Assembly (NCBI GenBank): GCA_051599415.1
Contig: AP039699.1
Coordinates: 434,001 to 498,000, forward strand
Direction: 5' to 3'
Origin: Savitreella phatthalungensis
Taxonomy: Eukaryota
Length of the DNA stretch: 64,000 nt
Shown here: positions 23,152 to 32,843 of the stretch, one piece after another
Numbering within the stretch: position 1 is the stretch's first letter
Layout: each line of letters begins with the position of its first letter
Program-made: the position numbers and the translations under genes
Notes under the pieces: generated by a model
The model's database searches: none
Seen by the model: only the letters and a program-made list of their open reading frames with translations
What the model was told of the DNA's origin: nothing

Positions 23152-23685
23152 GAGTAGTTTGGAGTCAAATGTCTTTTGTCTGATAGTGGACAAGTGAGAG
23201 AGAGACAAACAGTGCAGACTTGAGAGAGTTGGTACGTTAAGTCGATTGTGGTGATCTTATTAAATCATACACCTAACCTTGAAGCTGTTGCGGGGGAATG
23301 TTGCCCCGGATGTTGCTCGGTTACGCAATTGATTGTGGATTATTCCAGTACGTACGTATGTACGTCTCTGACTTAAAGGAGATATCTTCGATCGAACAGT
23401 TTTTCAAGTGACCACAGTCCCGCTGCATATCGAAATGAAAAATTGAAAATTGCTGTGGATATCCGGCCATGTATCCCGGCCGAAACAGCGTCACGTGATC
23501 AGCTAGATCCTTTCAACCTGGACAGTTCATTCGGTCAGTCAGGACATAGCATATGCGTACTGACACGCTAACAGATCTGATCAAATCATGCAAACTTAGA
23601 TCCTGATTCATCCCATTTGCTACAGCAGAGAATCTTGCAATACTTCCACCGCGGAACCCCGGGTCGTCTGCGTGGCAGGTAACGG

Positions 23686-24483
23686 ATGCTGCCTCGAGCG
23701 CTATCATCTGGAACACTGCTGAAGCTCAGGCGAGGCGCGACTTGCTCTTGCTTTGCTGCATATTCAAGAGCAAGAACTCTATCCGTCGCGTCCCATCGGC
23801 TACAGCATACCCAATCAGGCACAAATCCGCCACCCGAAACAACGCCGTGGTATGTCGAATACAATCAAGGGTCACTTCAGCAGGACTTTGCGCCCAAAAA
23901 GCGCGCAAACGCTCAAGTGCCGGAGATTCCATCAGATAGCCCTAGGATCTTGAGTCCGCTGCTGGAATACCTATCGTTCGACGTCGGTTTGACAGACGTT
24001 TGCGTCGTCGATCTCCGCAAGGGCGCCGGATCTGACGAAGCTAATGATCCATGGGGTTATGGCGGTGCTGGAGTCATGTCAGTGCTTGCGACGGCCCCTC
24101 GAGCTGAGAGGCAGCTCATCAGATCGATCGATGCGATCAAACATTTCCTCAAGCAGGATCACCGCCACAGCGGGCTGCGTGTCGAGGGTCTTCAGTCTCT
24201 CAGGGACTCGCGAGTCAGGCGACGACGACGGCGGAAGATGCAAGGCAGGACGAATCTAGCAAGGCTTGAAGAGGAAGAACAGCTTCGCTGGCTGTTTGTG
24301 GATTGTGGCTGTGGTGAAGGAGATCTTGACGAGGCTCGAGTGGTCCTCCAGCTTTTTACCCCAGAAGGAAGAGCAGAGTTCAGGCTCGAGGACGTTTACG
24401 AAGGCATCGCCAACATGTATCACAGTGTCGTTCGTCCATCCGAAACAGACTCTGGACCTCTTGCGCACAGCTCACTGCTATAA
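23686..24483 (+). CDS. ATP25: Mitochondrial Atp25/RsfS (MALSU1-like) ribosome-silencing-domain protein
   Basis: Arg/Ser-rich presequence; PWYV; DVCVVDLR; RVEGL..RVRRRRRRK; WLFVDCG; LQLFTPEGRAEFRLE. Matches the N-terminal half of fungal Atp25. Confidence 0.78.
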   Translation: MLPRALSSGTLLKLRRGATCSCFAAYSRARTLSVASHRLQHTQSGTNPPPETTPWYVEYNQGSLQQDFAPKKRANAQVPEIPSDSPRILSPLLEYLSFDVGLTDVCVVDLRKGAGSDEANDPWGYGGAGVMSVLATAPRAERQLIRSIDAIKHFLKQDHRHSGLRVEGLQSLRDSRVRRRRRRKMQGRTNLARLEEEEQLRWLFVDCGCGEGDLDEARVVLQLFTPEGRAEFRLEDVYEGIANMYHSVVRPSETDSGPLAHSSLL

Positions 24484-25474
24484 TGATCAACGGACCCAAA
24501 TATAATGAATGACAGTGATTCCTATGCGACGTTTGCCAAATCACGCCACAGGAAAGCCCTCGTGTGTCTGTACCTCAGAAAGCCATGCATGTCTAATTTG
24601 TGAGTCGGTACTCGTCACAGAAGAGTCTCGGCATGTCACTTCATCCTCGGTTGATGTTCTGCCGTTGAGCGGAATCTCAGACTGTCATACTTCACTCATG
24701 ACTGGAGCCCATCATTCGTCAGCCAGGACTCGTGATAGGGTCCAACCAATGTTGCAGCATGGAGAGACTTCCTTTCCGTTTCAAATTTTGTGTACAGAAA
24801 TAGCCTGATATGTGGCAGGCAAGTACGTAGCCTGATGCTCTGACACACGTCTATCCTTTCGAGAACAACATGATAGTCGCTGAGCAGACGTCTTGTTGGC
24901 CAGTACGTTTGTAAACCGGATGGACGTCAGGCTTTGTCTGATCCAGCTAGGTTTATTAAAGGTATAAAGGACATGCAATGCACAGTGCTCTGATGATGAG
25001 GCATATGAGGCATATACTACAGAGTGCGCATATTTAGTTGCATAATGGCTTTTGCTTCCAGTCTTAGCAAGAGTCTTACCATAACTAATTTAATTTATAT
25101 TGAATTTGGAAAAATTACACAGCTGGTTGATGGACTTTGCAAGCTTGAAAATTGATGCTTTTCTATTGTTGTCATTCGACAGATATTAACTCGATCAATT
25201 GCTTTTCGATAGTGCGCGCATCCACATGCTGAAAGGAAAGTGTTGAACTGGCACGTGACCAGCGTCTCCGCGTTTCCGCTATCCGGTCTGACAACATCGT
25301 TGGATATGCAGATACGAATGAACGAGAACGGTTGATAGCGATCTTGTGAGAATCTCAAACGTCAGTCATCTTCTACCGCGCGACATATAGTATTTAGGCG
25401 TCCCAAATAGTCAGCTGACATCGCATTTTGCGCATTTATTGAGATAAGGTTCCGAAGTCCTCGCTCCGCCTTCC

Positions 25475-26665
25475 ATGTCCTGGTCGTCCTGGATCAAGTC
25501 CGGGGTGGCCGCTGTCGCGGGTACAGCAGAGCCTGAGTATGGCAGCGGAGCAGTGCAGAGCATCTGCGACAAATTCACCCCGGAGCAGGCTTTCTCCGCC
25601 TTCACGACCGAAGATTATCGTTGGATCGCGCCTGATTGGGGCAGTAACGTCGAAACGCAGACATTTTACGTCACAACGGACGAATACATCTGCTTCGCGC
25701 AGATCATTCACTCAAATCCGACAGGTCTCTCATACACGGCTCAGTTCACCTGCCGTGTATTCAGCACGAAGGACGCATCACAGAATGCATGGTCGTCAAC
25801 GACGCTCGAGAACTTTTCGATCGAGAATGACGGCCGTGATTTTCGCGCTAAAGGTGTCTCTGTCCGCTTGTCCGAAGACAATACCACCTACACGCTCAAG
25901 ATGAACTGTGCTGCAGAGACCATTGTTGACCTGAAGGTCAAGCGTGAGACTTCTGGCTTCAAGATCGGTCGGGATGGAACCACCACATATGGCACTGACC
26001 CTGCAAAGCCCTGGGGCTCGATGCGCCACCTCTTTTGGCCTCGGTGCACAGCTACCGGTACCATCTTGGTTCGTGGAGCGCCCATCGACGTCGTCGATGC
26101 ACCAGCTGAATTCATTCATGCTCTGCAGGGCATGAAGCCCCATCATGCCGCTCGGCGCTGGAACTTTGCCAATTTCCAAGGCAAGGCGTACTCGGCAACG
26201 ATGATGGAATTCACAACACCTTCGTCTTACGCAGACACTGTCATCAATATTGGTGGAATCGCCACAGCTGAAGGAAAGATTCTCGCAGCAACCTGTCAGA
26301 ATACTGCAACGCATCTTGCCTCACAAAAGGACGACGCCACCGATTGGCCAGAGCCAACACAGATTGAGTTCGTGTGGAAAGGAGTTACCTCCAATGATCT
26401 TGCCGAGGACGATGTCCGCAAAGGCGGCAAGACGGTTGAGGCGAAGCTCACCACAGCAGCTGATCTGCATAAACGAAGACTCGAAAGGGTTGATGTGCTT
26501 GCGGAAATACCGCCATGGCTGAAGAAAATTGCCCACGGCGTGTCTGGCACGAAGCCATTCATCTACCAATATGCGGAACGGGATGCAGAGCTCGTTCTAA
26601 CTGTCGATGGCAAGACCGTAACCGATAAGGGCACTCTGTTCATCGAAGCCACATTCATTTCATGA
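25475..26665 (+). CDS. SVF1: Survival factor 1 (Svf1)
   Basis: VAGTAEPEYG, SNVETQTFY, AQIIHSN, PWGSMRHLFWPR, ALQGMKPHHAARRWNF, KPFIYQY, EATFIS C-terminus. Confidence 0.96.
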   Translation: MSWSSWIKSGVAAVAGTAEPEYGSGAVQSICDKFTPEQAFSAFTTEDYRWIAPDWGSNVETQTFYVTTDEYICFAQIIHSNPTGLSYTAQFTCRVFSTKDASQNAWSSTTLENFSIENDGRDFRAKGVSVRLSEDNTTYTLKMNCAAETIVDLKVKRETSGFKIGRDGTTTYGTDPAKPWGSMRHLFWPRCTATGTILVRGAPIDVVDAPAEFIHALQGMKPHHAARRWNFANFQGKAYSATMMEFTTPSSYADTVINIGGIATAEGKILAATCQNTATHLASQKDDATDWPEPTQIEFVWKGVTSNDLAEDDVRKGGKTVEAKLTTAADLHKRRLERVDVLAEIPPWLKKIAHGVSGTKPFIYQYAERDAELVLTVDGKTVTDKGTLFIEATFIS

Positions 26666-26782
26666 GGCCTGCTGCATATAATGTACGCACACATTCATTA
26701 AACACATACCTATTAACTGCTTTAGCTGTACCTCTCTATACCTGTCAGTAGTGCCGCATCAGATAATTTGGCCAGATATTGA

Positions 26783-29700
26783 TTAATTCCTCACTGGAAG
26801 CCTGCGCGGTGAACTCCTGAGTGGTGTCGTCCCTGCAGGCGAAGATACCACGCGGCCGGCGTGAATTTGCTTCGCTGGCGGTGAAAACCCACGTGACAGA
26901 TCGACCTTCCGACCGGGTCTCGGCGCCACCATTGAAGCTGTAGGAGAGATCGCGAGGTACGGATTCACAGTTGGTGCTGGGCTCGGCTGGTAGCCGGTGC
27001 CGTTTGTAGCGTTCGTTGAAGCATTGGATCCACTGCGCTCGATCAAATGGCGTACTCGCAGCTTGAGCAGGCGAACCTCATCTTCGAGAGCGCGGATGCG
27101 TGCTTGACAAGCAGCGTCAGGCGCACAGCTTTGGGATTGCCCGCCTGACGAGATGGACGAATACGCAGAGACGGATGGGGCCACGTCAGAATTGCGCCGC
27201 TTTCCTGTGGATGGCCGTCTGGCAGCTGTTGCAGCAAGTTTTGCCACGGCAGCAGGATGCAGGGTGAAGTGATGCGATGGCGCGATCGAGCTCGGTGTCG
27301 GCGACTGGGACCTTACACTGGCGGCTGATTCGACGACATTATCAAGCACCGGAGCAGGCCAATCCAGCTTGCCGGGTGACTGTGGTCGGTCTATTGGCTC
27401 CAGCGCATCATCATCATCGCCGTCATCAAGCACAGTTTCGGTAGCTGACGTCACTGGTACTTCTGCGACCAAAGAGCTCGAAGTTACGCATTTTTCAGCG
27501 CTTGCTGGCTTGTCCAGCAGACAATCGGCAGTCGCTAGAATGTGTTGAGCACTTGCTGGCGACACGTCTCGGTCTGATGATGGTAACGCGGCTAATTGCT
27601 TCGACAGTCTGCGCAGAGCATCTCCCCGTGATCCTGTGCGTTGATGACGGCCCAAGGGAGACAATGCTGCCTCGCAATCCTCGGCTTCGTCTTCCGGGAC
27701 TTCTGATTGTAGATCTAGGCGCTCGCGACGTTTCTTGTCTCCCGGCTGAGGCGAGAACTCACGTCTGATGGTCGATCGAGATGGCAAGAGCGCAGACGTG
27801 GCGGAAGAGAGGCGTGGCTCGCTCTTCGAGAGCTTCATCGTCCTAGAGTCCTCTGCTGTGTTTGGGCGCGAGCTCGTTCGTGAACGAGGAGCAGGAACAT
27901 CGCCGTCGTGGGCTATAAAGTGAAGCGCTAGATCCAGATCACCTTCAGCATCAAAATTGAACAGAGAAGATCCCGAAAACGCTCGCCCAAGAGCAAGGGA
28001 CGACGAAGCTTTGCGCGGTATTCCGCTACTTCTGCGTAATGACTTTGCCGCTGATGAAGGACGCCTGTTATCCAACTTCAGGGAGGCGATCTCGTCGGAA
28101 AGCTCCTGCTCAAGGTGATTGACTGATTGTTGCCGAGAATGCGAAGGTGAGGGCACAGGTAAGCGCGACGGCGTCAAAGTCCGCTCGTGTGTAGGAGTTG
28201 TTGCAGAAATCTGTGACATTGGCTCTTCTTTCGCCTTTCCTGCGTTCGCAAAGAAACCGGCAAATTCTCGGTAAATCTCTTGCGGCGTTGCAGGCGGCCG
28301 TATCGCCTGCTGACGCGGTTCGATCATAGAGACAATTTCCTTGCGTTGTGGCTTGACGGCGGTAATGTTACCTTCGTTCTCGCACAGCTCACGCAGCGTG
28401 GTCATCTTCTCAACAGGGGCCTCGACGCTCGGCAGCTGCGGTAAATCTTTGTCATCCTTCTTCGAGGTGCTGCTAAGCCCAGCAATACCCAGCATATTAT
28501 CCCGGGGTAAGTCGCAGCCCGGCGGGTTCATGGACTCGAAACTGCGTGTGCGAGCTACCGAATGTGAGTCAGGGTCAGATCCTGAGTAATCGTCAATCAG
28601 GTCTGGTGTAGTCAAAGTGGACGCAGCGGTCAAGGGCGAGCGAAACAGAATCTTTCCGTTTCTAACAAGCTGAGGACCTGACTTTGTGAGATGGCCATTG
28701 TCCGGGACGAATGCATCAGTATCCACGAGAATGGTCTCCAGCGCCTGCAAAAAGCTTGTGACGTACTTACTGGGCACAAGCATTTCACTCAGACATAGCA
28801 CAAAGCGATGTCTCGCTCCAAGAGAGCATTTACCCAGCACATGGCTGCCAAACTGAGAGAGGAGGAGCAAGCATTGTGCCTGATCATTGGGCATCGAGTC
28901 GACAGCGGCTCTAAAGCATGCCCTGCGTGGGATAGCAGCGGCGGCAGTCGCCCGAAGTTCCGTGCTCAGCCTGACTGCAAGTTCTGCACTCAAGACGCTT
29001 TGTTGAAACATCGTCTTCAGATGTATACGCATGGCTGCGATAAGTACCTTGGTACTAACCCCCGACAGGTTGAGTGATTGCTGCATGGGATCTCGCGCAA
29101 CGAGACTAGCGTGCTTGAACTCTCGACTAGTCACTGACTCGAAATCTGCTTCGGTAAAGACCTGTGAGTGACACAGAGCGGTGATGATCGCTTGCAAAAC
29201 AGCGAGGCGATCGTCATCACCCATATTGGCTGAGTTGGCATGTCTGAGGTCACCTGGACTACCGCGCTGATGTCCAGCGGGAGCGCGAGACAGCTCTGGA
29301 CTTTCCACCAGCACAGCTTTCGCCATTGTATGAGTCGCATTCTTGCCACGATCCTTGATGCCGCTCAAGAAGGATGACACTGCCTTGACTGGCGAATGCG
29401 GACGCGACTTCGCCGCTAGCGTGGGCTTGCTATTCTGACCTAGCAAGGTCTCGGCGAAGCTTGACAGGATTTGTGCGACTGCGCAATCGCCGATGAAGCC
29501 TGGATTTAGCCAACTGGCTTGATGAATGCGCGTGATGGAGTCGAACAGTTTTTGGCGGATTTCTTGCAACGATGAGCTCACTTGAAGTACATTGACGCGG
29601 TTGCCGTGCCTGTAGCGTAGGCAGTACTCGTTGCGCTCATTGAAGGACACCACAAAGTTAAAGGCGTTGTGATTGCCATCATCGACGTCCTCCCAAAGGC

Positions 29701-31546
29701 GGAAGATAGCCTGCCGAGCGGCAAGCTCCTGGGCCCAATTACGACTATTGTACAGTTCAAACACCAACTCGTGCCCCAAATGCTGCTGCGTAAGTTCGTG
29801 ATCAGAGAGCTTCAACGCAACTTGCGCTGCGCGGATAGCGCTGTCGACCGCAATATTCTTCTTTGCGTGGAGCCTATAGCGGTGAAGCGTGCCGTCCAAG
29901 CGATTGATGACATGTAAAAGACCTTGTTCATCCACTGCCGTGGATAATGCGTCCAGGCTTACCATGTGAAGGAACTGCAGCTCTCCCTTGCGATTTGACG
30001 ACAAGATGTCCTGAACGCCGATCGATGCGTGAGCTCGATTGACGACAATCAGACGGTCGTGAAGAAGCAGTAGGCTGATTGCAGTTGATTTGCCGTGCGG
30101 AGGGGCGAGCTCAAGCCCCTCGGCGTCAAACATGTCACCCACTTGAATGTTGGCGGAAACGAGTTGAGGCGGCCAGTCTTGGCACAATGTCCCAAGTCGA
30201 ATGATGCGCTCCTGAGACTGGCTGGCCGTCGACACTTTCATGCTACCGATGGCGCGACACAAGGTTAATGCCGCAACAAACGTGTCTGCAGCAGGATGAT
30301 CAGGTGTCATCGTTCTGACGACATTGGTCAGCAAGAGGGCGTAACGAGGGATCCGCGTGACTGGCTCCATGATGAGCTCTCGCACGCCGACCGGCTGTCG
30401 ACAGGACGACCGGACACCGTCGCAAAATTCCTTGAATTTTGGCTGTGACAGACAATCGCGAAGCATTGTCTCTTGAGCGGCTGAGTCCTCGAGATAACGC
30501 CCATAACTTTTCTGAAGCGTTTGCAGGTCTTGCGTCATGACGTCGGCCATCGCAGCAAGTGAGTCACTCTGCTCGAGATTCCTCAATAGGGCCGTGTTGA
30601 GCAGAAGGATGGTTTCCAGAGCTGGTGGAAACACTGTATTGATCTCATAATTTCCCAAAAGTCCCCGACCTTTGCGATTCATGGCGCGCAGGGGCTGCGC
30701 ATAGTCCTGGAGAAGATGCTGAAGTCTTGTGACGTATGAGCGTTCCGTGTGTACGAGCTCGGCGAGGAGGTTCTCCCGCTTCTCGACATTATCGCGCATA
30801 CCGAATTCGACGTCGTGATGAGGGTCATTCGGCTCTCTCGGCGATAGTCGGATGGACTCCTCTGGTAGCAGTCGTCCCAGTACGCTTGCATCGTCCGGAA
30901 CGATGGCGTCTATGCTGATATAGCGGCCTTGCTTCGGTGCCAACAGAGCCTCAATTGACGATGCTCCATGAGGCAGTCTCAAAAGGTGCAGAGAGTCTGC
31001 TAAACGTCGAGCTGTTGTCTCCGAACGGTCGATCTCCTTGTGATAGCATTGACCTGGCAAGCGTTCGAAATTTGTCCAGTAATGTAGAAAGGCTGCTCTC
31101 ACAGCGCCGGTGAGAGGGTCGTCTGAGTATGTCATTGTAGGGGGTACAAAATCGACCATCGACAAGCGGCCTGCGGCAGAAAGGAAGAGAACCTGTAAAT
31201 GCTGCCTGGAGTCTAGCAGCGCTAGGGCGACAATAGCTCCTTGAACCTCGTCTTTGCCTCCATAGCAAGAACAATCCTCCCGGAAGCCTGGACGACGGAA
31301 GAGCTCAGCGACTGACACTGTTTTGATGTGTGGGCTTCGCGAGACCGGGCTCTGACTGGTCGACGATGTCGTAAAGTCTGCTGGCACAAAAGGTGGAATT
31401 CGTCTTGTTTTCGCCGAGCCCAATGCTGATGCTGCTGCCTCGTCCGGTGTCTGCGGAACAGGCTTACTCGTTTTGCGCATGCCCCGTGGTGTTGATACAT
31501 GGGTCTTGTCTGACAGGACGGGCATGGACAAGGGCCTGCGAGCCAT
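26783..31546 (-). CDS. Large Rho guanine-nucleotide exchange factor (DH-PH), Gef2-like
   Basis: DH motifs KRENLLAELVHTERSYVTRL and ELIMEPVTRIPRYALLL; PH-like LLLLHDRLIVV; SRPHSPVK; long S/P-rich tail with a terminal coiled coil. Confidence 0.85.
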   Translation of the reverse strand: MARRPLSMPVLSDKTHVSTPRGMRKTSKPVPQTPDEAAASALGSAKTRRIPPFVPADFTTSSTSQSPVSRSPHIKTVSVAELFRRPGFREDCSCYGGKDEVQGAIVALALLDSRQHLQVLFLSAAGRLSMVDFVPPTMTYSDDPLTGAVRAAFLHYWTNFERLPGQCYHKEIDRSETTARRLADSLHLLRLPHGASSIEALLAPKQGRYISIDAIVPDDASVLGRLLPEESIRLSPREPNDPHHDVEFGMRDNVEKRENLLAELVHTERSYVTRLQHLLQDYAQPLRAMNRKGRGLLGNYEINTVFPPALETILLLNTALLRNLEQSDSLAAMADVMTQDLQTLQKSYGRYLEDSAAQETMLRDCLSQPKFKEFCDGVRSSCRQPVGVRELIMEPVTRIPRYALLLTNVVRTMTPDHPAADTFVAALTLCRAIGSMKVSTASQSQERIIRLGTLCQDWPPQLVSANIQVGDMFDAEGLELAPPHGKSTAISLLLLHDRLIVVNRAHASIGVQDILSSNRKGELQFLHMVSLDALSTAVDEQGLLHVINRLDGTLHRYRLHAKKNIAVDSAIRAAQVALKLSDHELTQQHLGHELVFELYNSRNWAQELAARQAIFRLWEDVDDGNHNAFNFVVSFNERNEYCLRYRHGNRVNVLQVSSSLQEIRQKLFDSITRIHQASWLNPGFIGDCAVAQILSSFAETLLGQNSKPTLAAKSRPHSPVKAVSSFLSGIKDRGKNATHTMAKAVLVESPELSRAPAGHQRGSPGDLRHANSANMGDDDRLAVLQAIITALCHSQVFTEADFESVTSREFKHASLVARDPMQQSLNLSGVSTKVLIAAMRIHLKTMFQQSVLSAELAVRLSTELRATAAAAIPRRACFRAAVDSMPNDQAQCLLLLSQFGSHVLGKCSLGARHRFVLCLSEMLVPSKYVTSFLQALETILVDTDAFVPDNGHLTKSGPQLVRNGKILFRSPLTAASTLTTPDLIDDYSGSDPDSHSVARTRSFESMNPPGCDLPRDNMLGIAGLSSTSKKDDKDLPQLPSVEAPVEKMTTLRELCENEGNITAVKPQRKEIVSMIEPRQQAIRPPATPQEIYREFAGFFANAGKAKEEPMSQISATTPTHERTLTPSRLPVPSPSHSRQQSVNHLEQELSDEIASLKLDNRRPSSAAKSLRRSSGIPRKASSSLALGRAFSGSSLFNFDAEGDLDLALHFIAHDGDVPAPRSRTSSRPNTAEDSRTMKLSKSEPRLSSATSALLPSRSTIRREFSPQPGDKKRRERLDLQSEVPEDEAEDCEAALSPLGRHQRTGSRGDALRRLSKQLAALPSSDRDVSPASAQHILATADCLLDKPASAEKCVTSSSLVAEVPVTSATETVLDDGDDDDALEPIDRPQSPGKLDWPAPVLDNVVESAASVRSQSPTPSSIAPSHHFTLHPAAVAKLAATAARRPSTGKRRNSDVAPSVSAYSSISSGGQSQSCAPDAACQARIRALEDEVRLLKLRVRHLIERSGSNASTNATNGTGYQPSPAPTVNPYLAISPTASMVAPRPGRKVDLSRGFSPPAKQIHAGRVVSSPAGTTPLRSSPRRLPVRN

Positions 31547-32124
31547 CGGTACAGGCGGACGCTGACTCTATGTGCCTAGCAGACTTGACGACTGCTTGTC
31601 TGGTACAATAGATGTATTTTTGAAGATTCTCGATCGAGTGTGGGAGATCGTCTAGCTCTTTGCCTTGATGTTGGGTGGACGGTTGTGTTGTTTGCAACCC
31701 TGTTCAGTCCATTGTTTAGTCCTATCAGTGATTTCTGGCTGTACATTCGTACAGACGTACGTACGTATATAAAATATACGTTAAACTTCATAGTTCTGGT
31801 TTGACAACATACTCAACGTAGATGCCGTCAGTGATCGAGTCAATAGCTCGATCATTTCACCTGGGTCGAGATTTTGAAAATCTATTTACAGCTAGTTCAG
31901 CATGTACATTCATCAGTGGAAGAGAAAATGGAGGCGTACCACATTCATCAACCTCAAGCCTGTGCAAGAACTGGTAAAAGGTTTTTGAATCAGAATTCAG
32001 TCAAATCTTGATAGCAACGTTCTCGTTTCCTGTAAAATGTAAACAGTGGCGCGCGCTAAACAGTTGTAACAAAACGCAAAGTTCTAATGATTCAAGATTT
32101 TAATGGATGCACAATTAGTTTTGC

Positions 32125-32164
32125 GAATTCCTCCTGATCGTGAATTCCTCCTGATCGTGAATTC
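32125..32164. repeat. 17-bp tandem duplication (GAATTCCTCCTGATCGT x2 + GAATTC)
   Basis: Read directly from the sequence. Confidence 0.9.
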
Positions 32165-32843
32165 GGACTTTGATGCAGGCAGCATGAAGTCGAACCATTC
32201 AGATCAGTGAGCTCTATTGAACCCTGCATACTATCATGTGATACTACTATCTTTGATCTATTTCACCTGAATGTGCATATATGAAGTATAAATTAGACTT
32301 ATGATAATTTCAGTTCGAATATAGAGCTGAGATTGAGGCCAGGAGTGACTTGCCCCAGCCATCTGCACTACGTATGCTTTCACGTGCATGAATGGCCGAT
32401 TGCTCGATACACAATTAAGAGGACTAAAATTGTAGACTGATTTGCATTGGCGGATTTGTGATTGATGGATCAATTTTCAGGCACGTAGAGACATGCAATA
32501 TGCATACAAAATCCAACAAGCTACCATCACTTCCACACTGGCTGTAACTTTCCCTCTCAGACTTGAGATCAAGACCCAGACCAAGACCCACTGTGCTCAT
32601 AATCCTAAAGGTGTCTGAGGAAGACCTGGTGCACGATAAAGGCTTCTACTTTCTTCCAGAGAGGTACTAGCATAGATCACGTACCTTGTCATCTCGACCA
32701 CAGCCTCCTTCGCGCTTCCTGGTGACGATCGCGAGACAAAGCTCTTCTGGTCCTCAAGGTACGAGCGAGTACTGTGCTCGGTTGCAAGCGCCGCGGGTTT
32801 TTGCCACACGATCGCCGCCTAGGCGTAGCATTCAAAAGTGACC

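Noticed and set aside
32125..32164. Direct repeats as a CRISPR-like array
   Set aside because: No spacers, only two full units, eukaryotic context; a simple tandem duplication.
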